Source: an uncultured Flavobacteriales bacterium (GTDB taxonomy: Bacteria > Bacteroidota > Bacteroidia > Flavobacteriales > Schleiferiaceae). From it: DNA of 33,263 nt. A program made the position numbers and the translations under genes. Within the stretch, counting starts at the first letter, position 1. The number at the start of each line of letters is the position of its first letter. Where the stretch lies: positions 1-33,263 of the forward strand of contig CAIJMB010000004.1 in assembly GCA_903821715.1 (NCBI GenBank), written 5' to 3'. Positions 25,556 through 33,263 of this stretch are shown piece by piece. The notes below the pieces were generated by a model. The model had not been told where the DNA came from. It did not search any database and saw only the letters and a program-made list of their open reading frames with translations.

Positions 25556-26538
25556 AGCAAATCTTTGAGGTGGTCAAGGCCCTGGCCCGTGACACTACTA
25601 AATGTGGTCAGCGGCAGATCCTTGGGGAGGCGCGGACGCACCCCATCCAGCAATTGGCCGAGCAGCTCTTCATCGAGCATGTCGGTCTTTGAAATGGCCA
25701 GTACGCGGCGCTTCGTGAGCAGTTCAGGGTTGAATCGCTCTAACTCTCCAAGCAGAATGTGGTACTGCTCGACGACGTCGGGAGCATCACACGGAACCAA
25801 GAACAGCAGGAGAGCGTTCCGTTCGATGTGCTTGAGGAATCGGTGGCCGAGTCCACGCCCTTCGGCGGCGCCTTCGATCAAACCCGGAATGTCAGCCATC
25901 ACAAACGACGTGAAGTCGCGGTGGGCAACGACACCGAGGTTGGGCACGAGGGTCGTAAACGGGTAGTCGGCGATCTCAGGCTTGGCGGCACTCACAGCGC
26001 TGAGCAGGGTGGATTTACCTGCGTTCGGGAATCCGACCAGACCTACGTCCGCAAGGACCTTGAGCTCGAGAAGGAACCAGCCTTCGCGGCCTTCTTCACC
26101 GGGCTGGGCGTGTTCGGGGGCTTGGTTGACGGAATTTTTAAAGAATGCGTTTCCTCGGCCACCACGGCCGCCGGGTAGGAAGACGCGGCGTTCGCCAGGC
26201 TGGGTAAGTTCGCAGAGCACTTCAAGGGTTTCGGCATCTTTGACGACGGTTCCAATCGGAACCTGCAGGACGATGTCCTCTCCGCTTGCACCGATGCGCA
26301 GATTGCGGTTGCCGTTGACGCCAGGTTCTGCCTTGATGTGCTTTCGGTACTTGAGGTGAATTAATGTCCACATTTGCGGATTCGCCTCTAAAATGATGTG
26401 CCCACCGCGGCCACCGTCACCCCCGTCCGGACCTCCTTTGGGTAGGCCCTTGGCACGAAAGAAGTGACGGCTTCCCCCGCCCCCGTGGCCGGACTGCAAG
26501 AAGACCTTGACGTAGTCAATAAAATTAGAATCTGCCAC
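25525..26538 (-). CDS. obg: GTPase Obg/CgtA
   Basis: 337 aa with a GTG start. The Obg fold has glycine-rich repeats (GHGGGGS, GGPDGGDGGRGG), followed by the G domain (GFPNAGKSTL, DIPGLIEGA, SKTD). Confidence 0.95.
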   Translation of the reverse strand: MADSNFIDYVKVFLQSGHGGGGSRHFFRAKGLPKGGPDGGDGGRGGHIILEANPQMWTLIHLKYRKHIKAEPGVNGNRNLRIGASGEDIVLQVPIGTVVKDAETLEVLCELTQPGERRVFLPGGRGGRGNAFFKNSVNQAPEHAQPGEEGREGWFLLELKVLADVGLVGFPNAGKSTLLSAVSAAKPEIADYPFTTLVPNLGVVAHRDFTSFVMADIPGLIEGAAEGRGLGHRFLKHIERNALLLFLVPCDAPDVVEQYHILLGELERFNPELLTKRRVLAISKTDMLDEELLGQLLDGVRPRLPKDLPLTTFSSVTGQGLDHLKDLLWDSLNRSID

Positions 26539-26549
26539 GGGTACGTATG

Positions 26550-27122
26550 TTAAAGAGATTGAATAAGGCGGCGCAGTTCGTCCGTAATGGACTCTATACT
26601 GCCCACCCCATTGAGGCCCCGGTACTTTCCTTGGGCCTCGTAGTAGGACTGAACCGGCGCGGTTTCGCGGGTGTACACCGCAAGACGCTGGCGAATCACC
26701 TCTTCGTTGGCGTCGTCAGCACGGCCCGAAGTTGCACCTCGTGCCAAGAGACGAGTGACAAGTTCTTCGTCGTCGACTTCAAGGCCGATCATCGCAGTGA
26801 CACCGGTCCCGGCATCCGCAAGGATCTCGTCAAGGGCCGCGGCCTGCGCCGAAGTGCGTGGGAATCCGTCAAATATGAACCCGGCCGCATCAGGATGCTT
26901 GGTCCATTCATCCTTGAGCATGGCAATGGTAACGTCGTCCGGAACCAATTGACCCTGGTCCATAAAGGACTTAGCCCATCGGCCTAACTCGGTCGCCTCG
27001 CGAATGTTGCGGCGAAAAATGTCACCCGTCGAAAGGTGAACCAAAGCAAATTCATCGACGAGTAGGGCGCTTTGTGTGCCTTTTCCTGCCCCCGGAGGGC
27101 CGAAGAGTACAATGTTTTTCAT
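26550..27122 (-). CDS. adk: Adenylate kinase
   Basis: I prefer the ATG at 27122 (MKNIVLFGPPGAGKGTQS...STGDIFR...GFIFDGFPRT) over the track start at 27155. Confidence 0.95.
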   Translation of the reverse strand: MKNIVLFGPPGAGKGTQSALLVDEFALVHLSTGDIFRRNIREATELGRWAKSFMDQGQLVPDDVTIAMLKDEWTKHPDAAGFIFDGFPRTSAQAAALDEILADAGTGVTAMIGLEVDDEELVTRLLARGATSGRADDANEEVIRQRLAVYTRETAPVQSYYEAQGKYRGLNGVGSIESITDELRRLIQSL

Positions 27123-27160
27123 GCGGATGGTGCGTAAATGACCGAAAACGGACAAGGCGG

Positions 27161-27168
27161 CAAAGGTA
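27161..27168 (-). promoter_or_regulatory. -7 promoter box (TACCTTTG) for the adk-obg-PAP2-crcB operon
   Basis: The reverse strand reads TACCTTTG (GCAAAGGTA on the plus strand), 38 nt upstream of the adk ATG. Confidence 0.5.
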
Positions 27169-27186
27169 CGACCTTAGGGACTTCCC

Positions 27187-27194
27187 TACCTTTG
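27187..27194 (+). promoter_or_regulatory. -7 promoter box (TACCTTTG) for the mannose-1-P guanylyltransferase gene
   Basis: Perfect match 19 nt before the ATG at 27214. It mirrors the adk box 18 nt away. Confidence 0.5.
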
Positions 27195-27213
27195 CGGCCT
27201 AACCCACTGGGCT

Positions 27214-28299
27214 ATGGAACACAATTATGCAGTGATTATGGCGGGCGGCGTCGGTTCGCGATTCTGGCCTACCTCGACTTCGCGAACGCCCAAGCAGTTT
27301 CTCGATATTCTTGGAACGGGCGAAACCCTGCTTCAGCAGACGTTCCGCCGCATGAAGTCCGTCGTTCCGGCCGACCATATATATGTGGTGACGCACGTGG
27401 ATTATGCCGATACCTGCTTGGTACAGCTCCCCGAACTCGACCGCCAGCGAATTTTGGCCGAACCCGCCCGTCGCAACACGGCTCCCTGTGTCGCTTATGC
27501 CGCGTTTGTGCTCAAAAAACGCGATCCGCTCGCCAACTTTGTCGTCACACCCGCCGACCATTTGGTCACCAATGAAGCGGAATTCACCGCTCGCCTCACC
27601 TCAGCACTAGCCACATCGGGCACCCACAACGTGCTAATGACCCTGGGAATGAACCCCATTCGTCCTGAAACGGGCTATGGGTACATTCAGTTCCGCCCCG
27701 AGAAGTCCACCTATGCCCCCGACGTGCACCCAGTGAAGACGTTTACAGAAAAGCCCAACCGCGAGATGGCCGAGCAGTTCATCGCGACGGGAGAGTTTTT
27801 GTGGAATGCCGGAATTTTTGTGTGGAATTCCAACGCTATTTTGAGTGCCTTCGAAAAGCACATGCCCGAGATGTACGCGGGATTCAGTGCAGGCTGGGAG
27901 CATTTTGGCACGGCCTCAGAGGCAGAATTCATACGTTCGATGTACGGAGAGTGCCCCAACGAGTCGATCGACTACGGAATTCTTGAAAAAGCAAAGCAGG
28001 TTCTTGTAATGCCTGCCGAATTCGGCTGGTCGGACTTGGGCAGCTGGGGTGCGGTTCACGAGCAGCGGGCGGCAGACGTGAACGGAAACACCGGTGCTGG
28101 CAACCACGTACTGTCGTACGACGCAAGCGGAAACACCTACCACATTCCTGAGGACATGGTCGCCGTGGTCGACGGATTACACGACTATATCGTGATTTTG
28201 AGTGAAAACCGTCTTTTGGTGTGTCCTCGCAGCAAAGAGCAAGAAATCAAGCAGTTCGTGCACGATGTCAAGATGCGGCGCGGCGAAGACTTCGTGTAG
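27214..28299 (+). CDS. Mannose-1-phosphate guanylyltransferase (nucleotidyltransferase domain only, no PMI/cupin domain)
   Basis: 361 aa. AVIMAGGVGSRFWPTSTSRTPKQFL, ADH.V, GYGYIQ, FTEKP, FLWNAGIFVW and IDYGILEK match the ManC/CpsB N-terminal enzyme. Confidence 0.85.
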   Translation: MEHNYAVIMAGGVGSRFWPTSTSRTPKQFLDILGTGETLLQQTFRRMKSVVPADHIYVVTHVDYADTCLVQLPELDRQRILAEPARRNTAPCVAYAAFVLKKRDPLANFVVTPADHLVTNEAEFTARLTSALATSGTHNVLMTLGMNPIRPETGYGYIQFRPEKSTYAPDVHPVKTFTEKPNREMAEQFIATGEFLWNAGIFVWNSNAILSAFEKHMPEMYAGFSAGWEHFGTASEAEFIRSMYGECPNESIDYGILEKAKQVLVMPAEFGWSDLGSWGAVHEQRAADVNGNTGAGNHVLSYDASGNTYHIPEDMVAVVDGLHDYIVILSENRLLVCPRSKEQEIKQFVHDVKMRRGEDFV

Positions 28300-28317
28300 T
28301 TCGCAACCTAAGTTTAC

Positions 28318-28345
28318 AAAAAAAGGCGCCCGATGGGCGCCTTTT
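28318..28345. terminator. Bidirectional rho-independent terminator
   Basis: The sequence reads AAAAAAAGGCGCCC-gat-GGGCGCCTTTT. A perfect GC-rich stem is flanked by an A tract and a T tract, between convergent genes ending at 28299 (+) and 28366 (-). Confidence 0.85.
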
Positions 28346-28365
28346 GTGTTGCTTTGGTGAGAAGT

Positions 28366-28527
28366 CTAGCGCTTCGCCCCCTCGAGCCACTTGTAGATGC
28401 GCTCGGGCATTACGCGCTCCAAACCAATCAAGGTCAGCCAGTACCCTACGAACAGGGCGAGGAATACGAGCATGCTGAACCCGGTCAGAATGATCATGAT
28501 GGCGAGGAGGAATCCGAGGAATTTCAT
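28366..28527 (-). CDS. Hypothetical 53-aa membrane protein
   Basis: An internal ATG of the 105-aa track ORF gives MKFLGFLLAIMIILTGFSMLVFLALFVGYWLTLIGLERVMPERIYKWLEGAKR, with two TM-like helices. It is bracketed by a promoter-like box and the bidirectional terminator. Confidence 0.45.
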   Translation of the reverse strand: MKFLGFLLAIMIILTGFSMLVFLALFVGYWLTLIGLERVMPERIYKWLEGAKR

Positions 28528-28567
28528 AGTGCGCTGCGTTGAAGGGTACGTTGAATTCGTAGTGGGG

Positions 28568-28575
28568 CAAAGATA
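28568..28575 (-). promoter_or_regulatory. -7 promoter box (TATCTTTG) upstream of the 53-aa ORF
   Basis: Reverse-strand TATCTTTG lies 40 nt upstream of the ATG at 28527. Confidence 0.4.
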
Positions 28576-28613
28576 AGTGACACTGAGCAATTCTTTGCGC
28601 CCCGTGTCGGGTG

Positions 28614-28621
28614 TAATTTTG
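28614..28621 (+). promoter_or_regulatory. -7 promoter box (TAATTTTG) 4 nt upstream of the fumC ATG
   Basis: The sequence reads TAATTTTG-cccc-ATG. Confidence 0.45.
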
Positions 28622-28625
28622 CCCC

Positions 28626-30023
28626 ATGAGCACACAAACCCGCATTGAACGCGACACGATGGGCGAAGTCCACGTTCCCGCAACCGCCTACTGGGGCGCC
28701 CAGACCGAGCGCTCGCGTACCAACTTTAAAATCGGCCCTGAAGGCAGCATGCCCAAAGAGATCGTGCACGCCTTTGCCTACCTCAAAAAAGCGGCGGCTT
28801 TGACCAACCGCGACTTGGGCGTGCTATCCGCCGAAAAGGCCGAACTCATTGGCAACGTCTGCGACGAAATCCTCACGGGCCAGCACGACGCTGAGTTTCC
28901 GCTGGTCATTTGGCAGACCGGTTCTGGGACCCAAAGCAACATGAACGTCAACGAGGTCATTGCCTACCGCGGCCACGTGCTGAGCGGCGGCAGCCTGCAG
29001 GACGCGAACAAGGTGCTCCACCCCAACGACGACGTGAACAAGTCGCAGTCCTCGAACGACACCTTCCCCACGGCGATGCACATTGCCGCCTACCTTCAGA
29101 CGGTGCGCACGACGGTTCCCGGAATCCGCCTCCTGCGCGACGCCTTGGCTGCCAAAGCGGACGCATTCAAAAATGTAGTCAAGACCGGCCGCACCCACTT
29201 TATGGACGCCACTCCCCTGACCCTTGGCCAGGAGTTCAGCGGCTACGTGCAGCAGCTCGACAACGGAATCCGCGCCATCGACAACGCGCTCGAAATGGTC
29301 GCTGAGTTGGCCTTGGGCGGAACCGCCGTCGGTACCGGCCTCAACACACCCAAGGGATACGACGTGGCCGTGGCCGCAAACATTGCCGAGCTTACGGGAA
29401 TGCCGTTCAAAACAGCTCCGAATAAGTTCGAAGCCTTGGCCGCGCACGACGCCATGGTCGAGCTCAGTGGGGCGTTCAAGCGCGTTGCGGTTTCGCTCAT
29501 GAAGATTGGGAATGACGTGCGCATGCTGTCTTCGGGTCCACGTTCAGGTATTGGAGAAATCATTATTCCTGACAACGAGCCTGGCTCAAGCATCATGCCC
29601 GGAAAGGTCAACCCGACCCAGCCCGAGGCCCTCACGATGGTCGCAGCTCAGGTGATCGGGAACGACGTGGCCGTTTCGCTCGGCGGAGCCACCGGACACT
29701 TTGAGCTCAACGTGTTCAAACCATTGATTGCTGCCAACGTGCTGCAGAGCGCGCGCCTCATCGGCGACGCCTGCGTGTCGTTCACCGACAAGTGCGCCGC
29801 CGGAATTGAGCCCAACTACCCCATCATTCAGCGCCATTTAGAGAATTCGCTAATGCTGGTCACCGCACTCAACACCCACATCGGGTACGACAAGGCGGCC
29901 AAAATCGCCAAAACGGCCCACGCCGAGGGAAGCACGCTCAAAGAGGCAGCCCTTAAGCTGGGCTATGTCACGGCTGAAGAGTTTGACGCTTGGGTTCGCC
30001 CCGAAGACATGGTCGGACACTAA
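28626..30023 (+). CDS. fumC: Class II fumarate hydratase
   Basis: 465 aa. [34 protein letters not shown] and [13 protein letters not shown] are the fumarate lyase signature. Confidence 0.95.
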   Translation: MSTQTRIERDTMGEVHVPATAYWGAQTERSRTNFKIGPEGSMPKEIVHAFAYLKKAAALTNRDLGVLSAEKAELIGNVCDEILTGQHDAEFPLVIWQTGSGTQSNMNVNEVIAYRGHVLSGGSLQDANKVLHPNDDVNKSQSSNDTFPTAMHIAAYLQTVRTTVPGIRLLRDALAAKADAFKNVVKTGRTHFMDATPLTLGQEFSGYVQQLDNGIRAIDNALEMVAELALGGTAVGTGLNTPKGYDVAVAANIAELTGMPFKTAPNKFEALAAHDAMVELSGAFKRVAVSLMKIGNDVRMLSSGPRSGIGEIIIPDNEPGSSIMPGKVNPTQPEALTMVAAQVIGNDVAVSLGGATGHFELNVFKPLIAANVLQSARLIGDACVSFTDKCAAGIEPNYPIIQRHLENSLMLVTALNTHIGYDKAAKIAKTAHAEGSTLKEAALKLGYVTAEEFDAWVRPEDMVGH

Positions 30024-30044
30024 GCCAGGCAAGCAATTGAATCG

Positions 30045-30070
30045 AGCCACCCGCCTGGGTGGCTTTTTTT
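30045..30070 (+). terminator. Rho-independent terminator after fumC
   Basis: AGCCACCC-gcct-GGGTGGCT is followed by TTTTTT. The T tract overlaps the stop codon of the convergent minus-strand gene. Confidence 0.8.
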
Positions 30071-33000
30071 ATTGGTTGAGGGTGACCGCCCCGTGCTGAT
30101 CGCCGGCCGTACCGCACTGGCTTTGCCACGTGAGGTGGTAGAGGTAGACCCCGGGCGAAAGTGCCCGACCTTGGTAGCGACCGTCCCATGCGAATTGGGG
30201 GTCGTTGGTTCGAAAGACCTCTTGACCCCAGCGACTGTACACCACCAGGTTGATCTGGGCGAGGGCGCTGGCCTCGGTTCCGCGCAACTGGAACGCGTCA
30301 TTGATGCCGTCCCCGTTGGGCGTGAATACGTTCGGAACCTGCACACTGTCAAGGTCCGCACCCAAAATTTGATAGGTGACTTGCACGGAATCCTTGATGC
30401 CGCACACTGTGTCCGCCACGACGAACCACGCACTGAGGTTTCCGGCCTGCGTTGCCGGCCATTGAACACTTGGACCTAGAACGATGCCACCGCCGGGAAT
30501 CCGCCAATAGGAATTGGTCGAGTTGCCGCGCTGGCCAAGGCCCCGCACCGGCTGACCGTCCAAGCAGAACGGTGCCGTGACGCTGGCGGTCGGAACCGTG
30601 AGCCCAGGGCGAAACTCCGCCGTAAACTGAAGACTGTCGCGCTGTCCGCAGATGTTATCGTAGGCCACTAACCAGGCTGAGTAGGAATTCACCAATGAGG
30701 TTCCGGACCACGCAAAGGGCGGCACGAGACTGTCTACCGAACCGCTGGCACCGTAGAGCACCAGAACCTCTGCACTGAGATTGGGGCCGGGGCTCAGCGC
30801 AATGCTTCGCGCAGGGTCACATGGATCAAAACTCAGCTGGGCATCTGCTCGCACTGCGGAACCAGGTAGCACCCATAGATTAAGCGTTTGAACCGCTTGG
30901 GTGAGGCAAATGGTATCGAGTGCTGTCACGGTGAGTACATAGGGTCCGGGCACGGCGTAGCTGTGCCCCGGGAGCGGGTTGGGCGGGCCCGTCCAGGTAA
31001 CGCCGTCTCCCCATGCCACGGTGAGGACGTCGGTGCGGCTGGTGGTTCCGGTGAGGTAAAGGCTGTCACCCGCACAAATGGTATCGACGCTGAGGTCGAG
31101 TTGGGCGGCAGCGGCCAAGAGCTCAAAGGCTATTTGCACGCCAGCCATGTTGCAGTTGGGTGAATTGTTCGTCGCAGAGTGGGCGTTGCTCGGAAAAATG
31201 GGTAGGTTGTCGGTTCCGCCGCAGCCCGCACAAATGGCCTGGTGGATCACGCCGTTGGGATCGAAGCGCGAGGTTCCGCCGTCGACATGTTCGTCGGCCC
31301 CATTGCCGCCAAAGTAGCTGGCGTATTCGGGGTTGCCGTGGCGGTCCAGGGCCAAGAAGTAAAAGTCCTTGCCGTCGGTAGTGGACTGGTAGGCATTGGG
31401 GCTAGTGTAGAGATTGGTGATGGTTCCGCCGTTGAGGTTGCCGAACCAGCCCGAGAAGTAGGCGGTTCCGCAGTCGTCCACCTGAAGGGCCGTCGGCGAA
31501 ATGCGCCGGTTGAGTTGGCCGTTGCCTACGTACTGCGTGCGGTAGATGCTATCTCCTTCGGCCTTGATCCAGGTCAGGATTTGCGTTGAGTTGGGATTTT
31601 GCCACAGCCCCGGGGTGGGCGCGAGCGGCCCAACGTAGGGCCCTGAGCCCTGGCACAATGTACCCAAGCCCAGCGAGAGCAACACCGCGCTCGAATCACC
31701 CACAGCGGCATAGGCGCCCGACGGGTTTTGCGCAGTGAGGAATCCGTAGGAATTGCAGTACTGCGGTTCGAGATAGGTCTGACCGAGCAACTGGCCATTG
31801 GACGGATTAAAGAGCGCGTAGTATGCTTCAGCCTGGCCGTTGGGCACCGTGGTTACGCCTGATCCCGAAAGATTCCCCATACCCGAAGTCCAGCCGAGCA
31901 CCGCGAGGCGGTTGCCCGTGGGGCCTGGGGTGGGAATCAGCGATGTCAATCCGTCCAAGTCCGGACCACCGACGTAGGTAGCCCAGCGCAGTGTGTCGAG
32001 GTCAGTGCTAAAGTGCGCAAGAAGTCCGTCGGTGGTTCCGCCCCTAGAGGTATCGAGGGGCCACGTTGCCAATGCACGGGAGCGGGTGGCCGTCGCAATC
32101 CAGATTCCGCCTGCGTCCACCCACAGATCGCCACGCGCCTCGTCACCATAGTGTGGTGTGCTCAAGTCATGAAGCCCATCATAACCGAATCGTCCATAGT
32201 AGGTCGAGGCCTGCAGCGCCGAACCCGTCGGATTGAGTCGAACCAGCACTACATCGGTGGGTGACTGAAATACGACTCCGCCCCCGCCAAGTGTACCTCC
32301 ACCGGGTTGGGACGCCAGCGAGGTGTCGTAGGCCGTCGCAGTCGTCGGAAAATTCAGCGAATTGCTCACCCCCATCACGACGAGGTCTCCGTTGGGGGCC
32401 ACGCGCAGCGAATGCGGCTGCTCTTGAGCGCTTCCGCCGAGGTAGGTCGCCGAAACGACTCCTGTGCCCGTGGGATTGAACAGCATAAGGGCGATGTCGA
32501 CCCCACCCCCGCCAAAGTTGGCCTGAACGCCGTTTGAGGTCGGATACTGTGCACCAAAGGCCACACCGCCCAGCCACGTGCGCCCCTGAAGGTCATAGGT
32601 CGCGGTGTACCCGAAGTTGTCGCTCACGGAACCGCTAAAGCTGCTAAACACGTACGTCGGATCGATGCGCTGGGCACCTGGGGCGTGCAGGGTCCAGCCC
32701 TCAGGAGTTTGCTGCCACTGCACCTTCACTTCGAGTCCTTGGGCGTCAAAGGCCTTGGCTGCCTCCATGCGCGCGGAACCCGCCGCAGTCTCAAGTTCAA
32801 GAACCGGTGGGGTTCGGGGTCCGCGGCGAGCCACTGCGCCCTCAAATCCAATGCGGATGCCGTCGAGGTCTTCGCCGTGCCACCACGTTTTAAGGCGACC
32901 CGACTCAATGCGAAGCTCGAGATCCACCCCCGGGTAGACGTTGCGAATCCATGCCTGCGAAGCGCCGCGGACCGTCACCTCAGCGCCCCGCCCGAGCAGG

Positions 33001-33263
33001 TAAGTGAATGGATGGCTGATAGGTTTGAGGTCCAAGGTTCCGCCCACGGCCCCGAAGTAACGCTCTGTCCATACCGCCACACTGTCGGACTCGCCCGGGA
33101 GCCGGGCAGCGAACCGAAGCCCATCGGGCAGCACCCACACCCGCGCTGCGTCGAGGTTGGCCATCGCCAAAACCTCGCTCGGCCACTGGCCCGCGTTCGG
33201 GATTATGATTGGATCGGGCTTGAACAGCACCTGCCCCGTGAGCGACCCCAAGGCCGCCACGTA
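30069..33263 (-). CDS. Very large secreted protein with a T9SS type-B sorting domain; N-terminus just beyond the window edge
   Basis: The frame is open to position 33263. The first residues visible (AALGSLTGQ) look like the end of a signal peptide. The middle has beta-propeller-like Gly/Tyr-rich repeats (YLGGSAQE..., YVGGPDLD..., YFGGNGADEHVDGGTSRFDPNGVIHQAICAGCGG). Ig/PKD-like modules follow, then the CTD VPNVFTPNGDGINDAFQL...YSRWGQEVF...GVYLYHL. Confidence 0.85.
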   Translation of the reverse strand, partial: YVAALGSLTGQVLFKPDPIIIPNAGQWPSEVLAMANLDAARVWVLPDGLRFAARLPGESDSVAVWTERYFGAVGGTLDLKPISHPFTYLLGRGAEVTVRGASQAWIRNVYPGVDLELRIESGRLKTWWHGEDLDGIRIGFEGAVARRGPRTPPVLELETAAGSARMEAAKAFDAQGLEVKVQWQQTPEGWTLHAPGAQRIDPTYVFSSFSGSVSDNFGYTATYDLQGRTWLGGVAFGAQYPTSNGVQANFGGGGVDIALMLFNPTGTGVVSATYLGGSAQEQPHSLRVAPNGDLVVMGVSNSLNFPTTATAYDTSLASQPGGGTLGGGGVVFQSPTDVVLVRLNPTGSALQASTYYGRFGYDGLHDLSTPHYGDEARGDLWVDAGGIWIATATRSRALATWPLDTSRGGTTDGLLAHFSTDLDTLRWATYVGGPDLDGLTSLIPTPGPTGNRLAVLGWTSGMGNLSGSGVTTVPNGQAEAYYALFNPSNGQLLGQTYLEPQYCNSYGFLTAQNPSGAYAAVGDSSAVLLSLGLGTLCQGSGPYVGPLAPTPGLWQNPNSTQILTWIKAEGDSIYRTQYVGNGQLNRRISPTALQVDDCGTAYFSGWFGNLNGGTITNLYTSPNAYQSTTDGKDFYFLALDRHGNPEYASYFGGNGADEHVDGGTSRFDPNGVIHQAICAGCGGTDNLPIFPSNAHSATNNSPNCNMAGVQIAFELLAAAAQLDLSVDTICAGDSLYLTGTTSRTDVLTVAWGDGVTWTGPPNPLPGHSYAVPGPYVLTVTALDTICLTQAVQTLNLWVLPGSAVRADAQLSFDPCDPARSIALSPGPNLSAEVLVLYGASGSVDSLVPPFAWSGTSLVNSYSAWLVAYDNICGQRDSLQFTAEFRPGLTVPTASVTAPFCLDGQPVRGLGQRGNSTNSYWRIPGGGIVLGPSVQWPATQAGNLSAWFVVADTVCGIKDSVQVTYQILGADLDSVQVPNVFTPNGDGINDAFQLRGTEASALAQINLVVYSRWGQEVFRTNDPQFAWDGRYQGRALSPGVYLYHLTWQSQCGTAGDQHGAVTLNQ

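Noticed and set aside
28824-29447. 207-aa ORF antisense to fumC. Similar long antisense or alternate-frame ORFs occur at 9808..10395 (195 aa, in mrdA), 20679..21209 (176 aa, in the HMGR gene), 5282..5644 (in purH), 3589..4077 (in the permease gene), 21339..21743 and 23548..24093.
   Set aside because: Each lies wholly inside a gene with unmistakable homology on the other strand or frame. Their products are Arg/Gly/Ala/Pro-rich with no recognisable motifs, as expected from stop-poor alternate frames in GC-rich DNA.
1-33263. CRISPR arrays, transposases/IS ends, toxin-antitoxin or defence-system gene sets, and long direct repeats.
   Set aside because: I saw no spaced short repeats, no transposase- or integrase-like ORFs and no nuclease/ATPase defence modules. 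Nearly every gene larger than 100 aa has a housekeeping or T9SS-cargo assignment.

Overview
GC-rich chromosomal segment from a member of the Bacteroidota, probably Flavobacteriia- or Cytophagia-like. The lineage call rests on three proteins ending in the TPNGDGxN(D/E)xF T9SS type-B sorting domain, a PorP/SprF gene, recurrent TAnnTTTG -7 promoter boxes in the intergenic gaps, no Shine-Dalgarno motifs, and a class II HMG-CoA reductase next to a GHMP-like kinase. Most of the window is ordinary core genome. It holds dgkA, a GAF-domain protein, an orphan FtsX/MacB-type permease and the tight purH-mreB-mreC-mreD-mrdA-rodA cluster. A seven-gene minus-strand envelope cluster follows: coaX, an OM beta-barrel, a TPR protein, an lptC-like gene, a 66-aa ORF, a CNNM/CorC protein and a PpiD-like PPIase. 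The rest comprises tRNA-Phe(GAA), two small membrane ORFs, the two mevalonate-pathway genes, an adk-obg-PAP2-crcB operon, a mannose-1-P guanylyltransferase and fumC. I found no mobile element, CRISPR array, defence system or riboswitch, and no convincing novel multi-gene system. Four things merit a second look. (1) A T9SS adhesin-like gene is split by one frameshift at a CCGAC-CCGAC site. (2) Only one of the three type-B T9SS cargo genes has an adjacent PorP/SprF partner. (3) An uncharacterised beta-barrel and TPR pair is wedged between coaX and lptC. (4) Promoter architecture is unusually regular, with mirrored divergent TACCTTTGC boxes and four TAnnTT(T/C)G-N4-ATG arrangements that predict leaderless mRNAs. 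Many long ORFs in the supplied track are antisense or alternate-frame artefacts of the high GC content.
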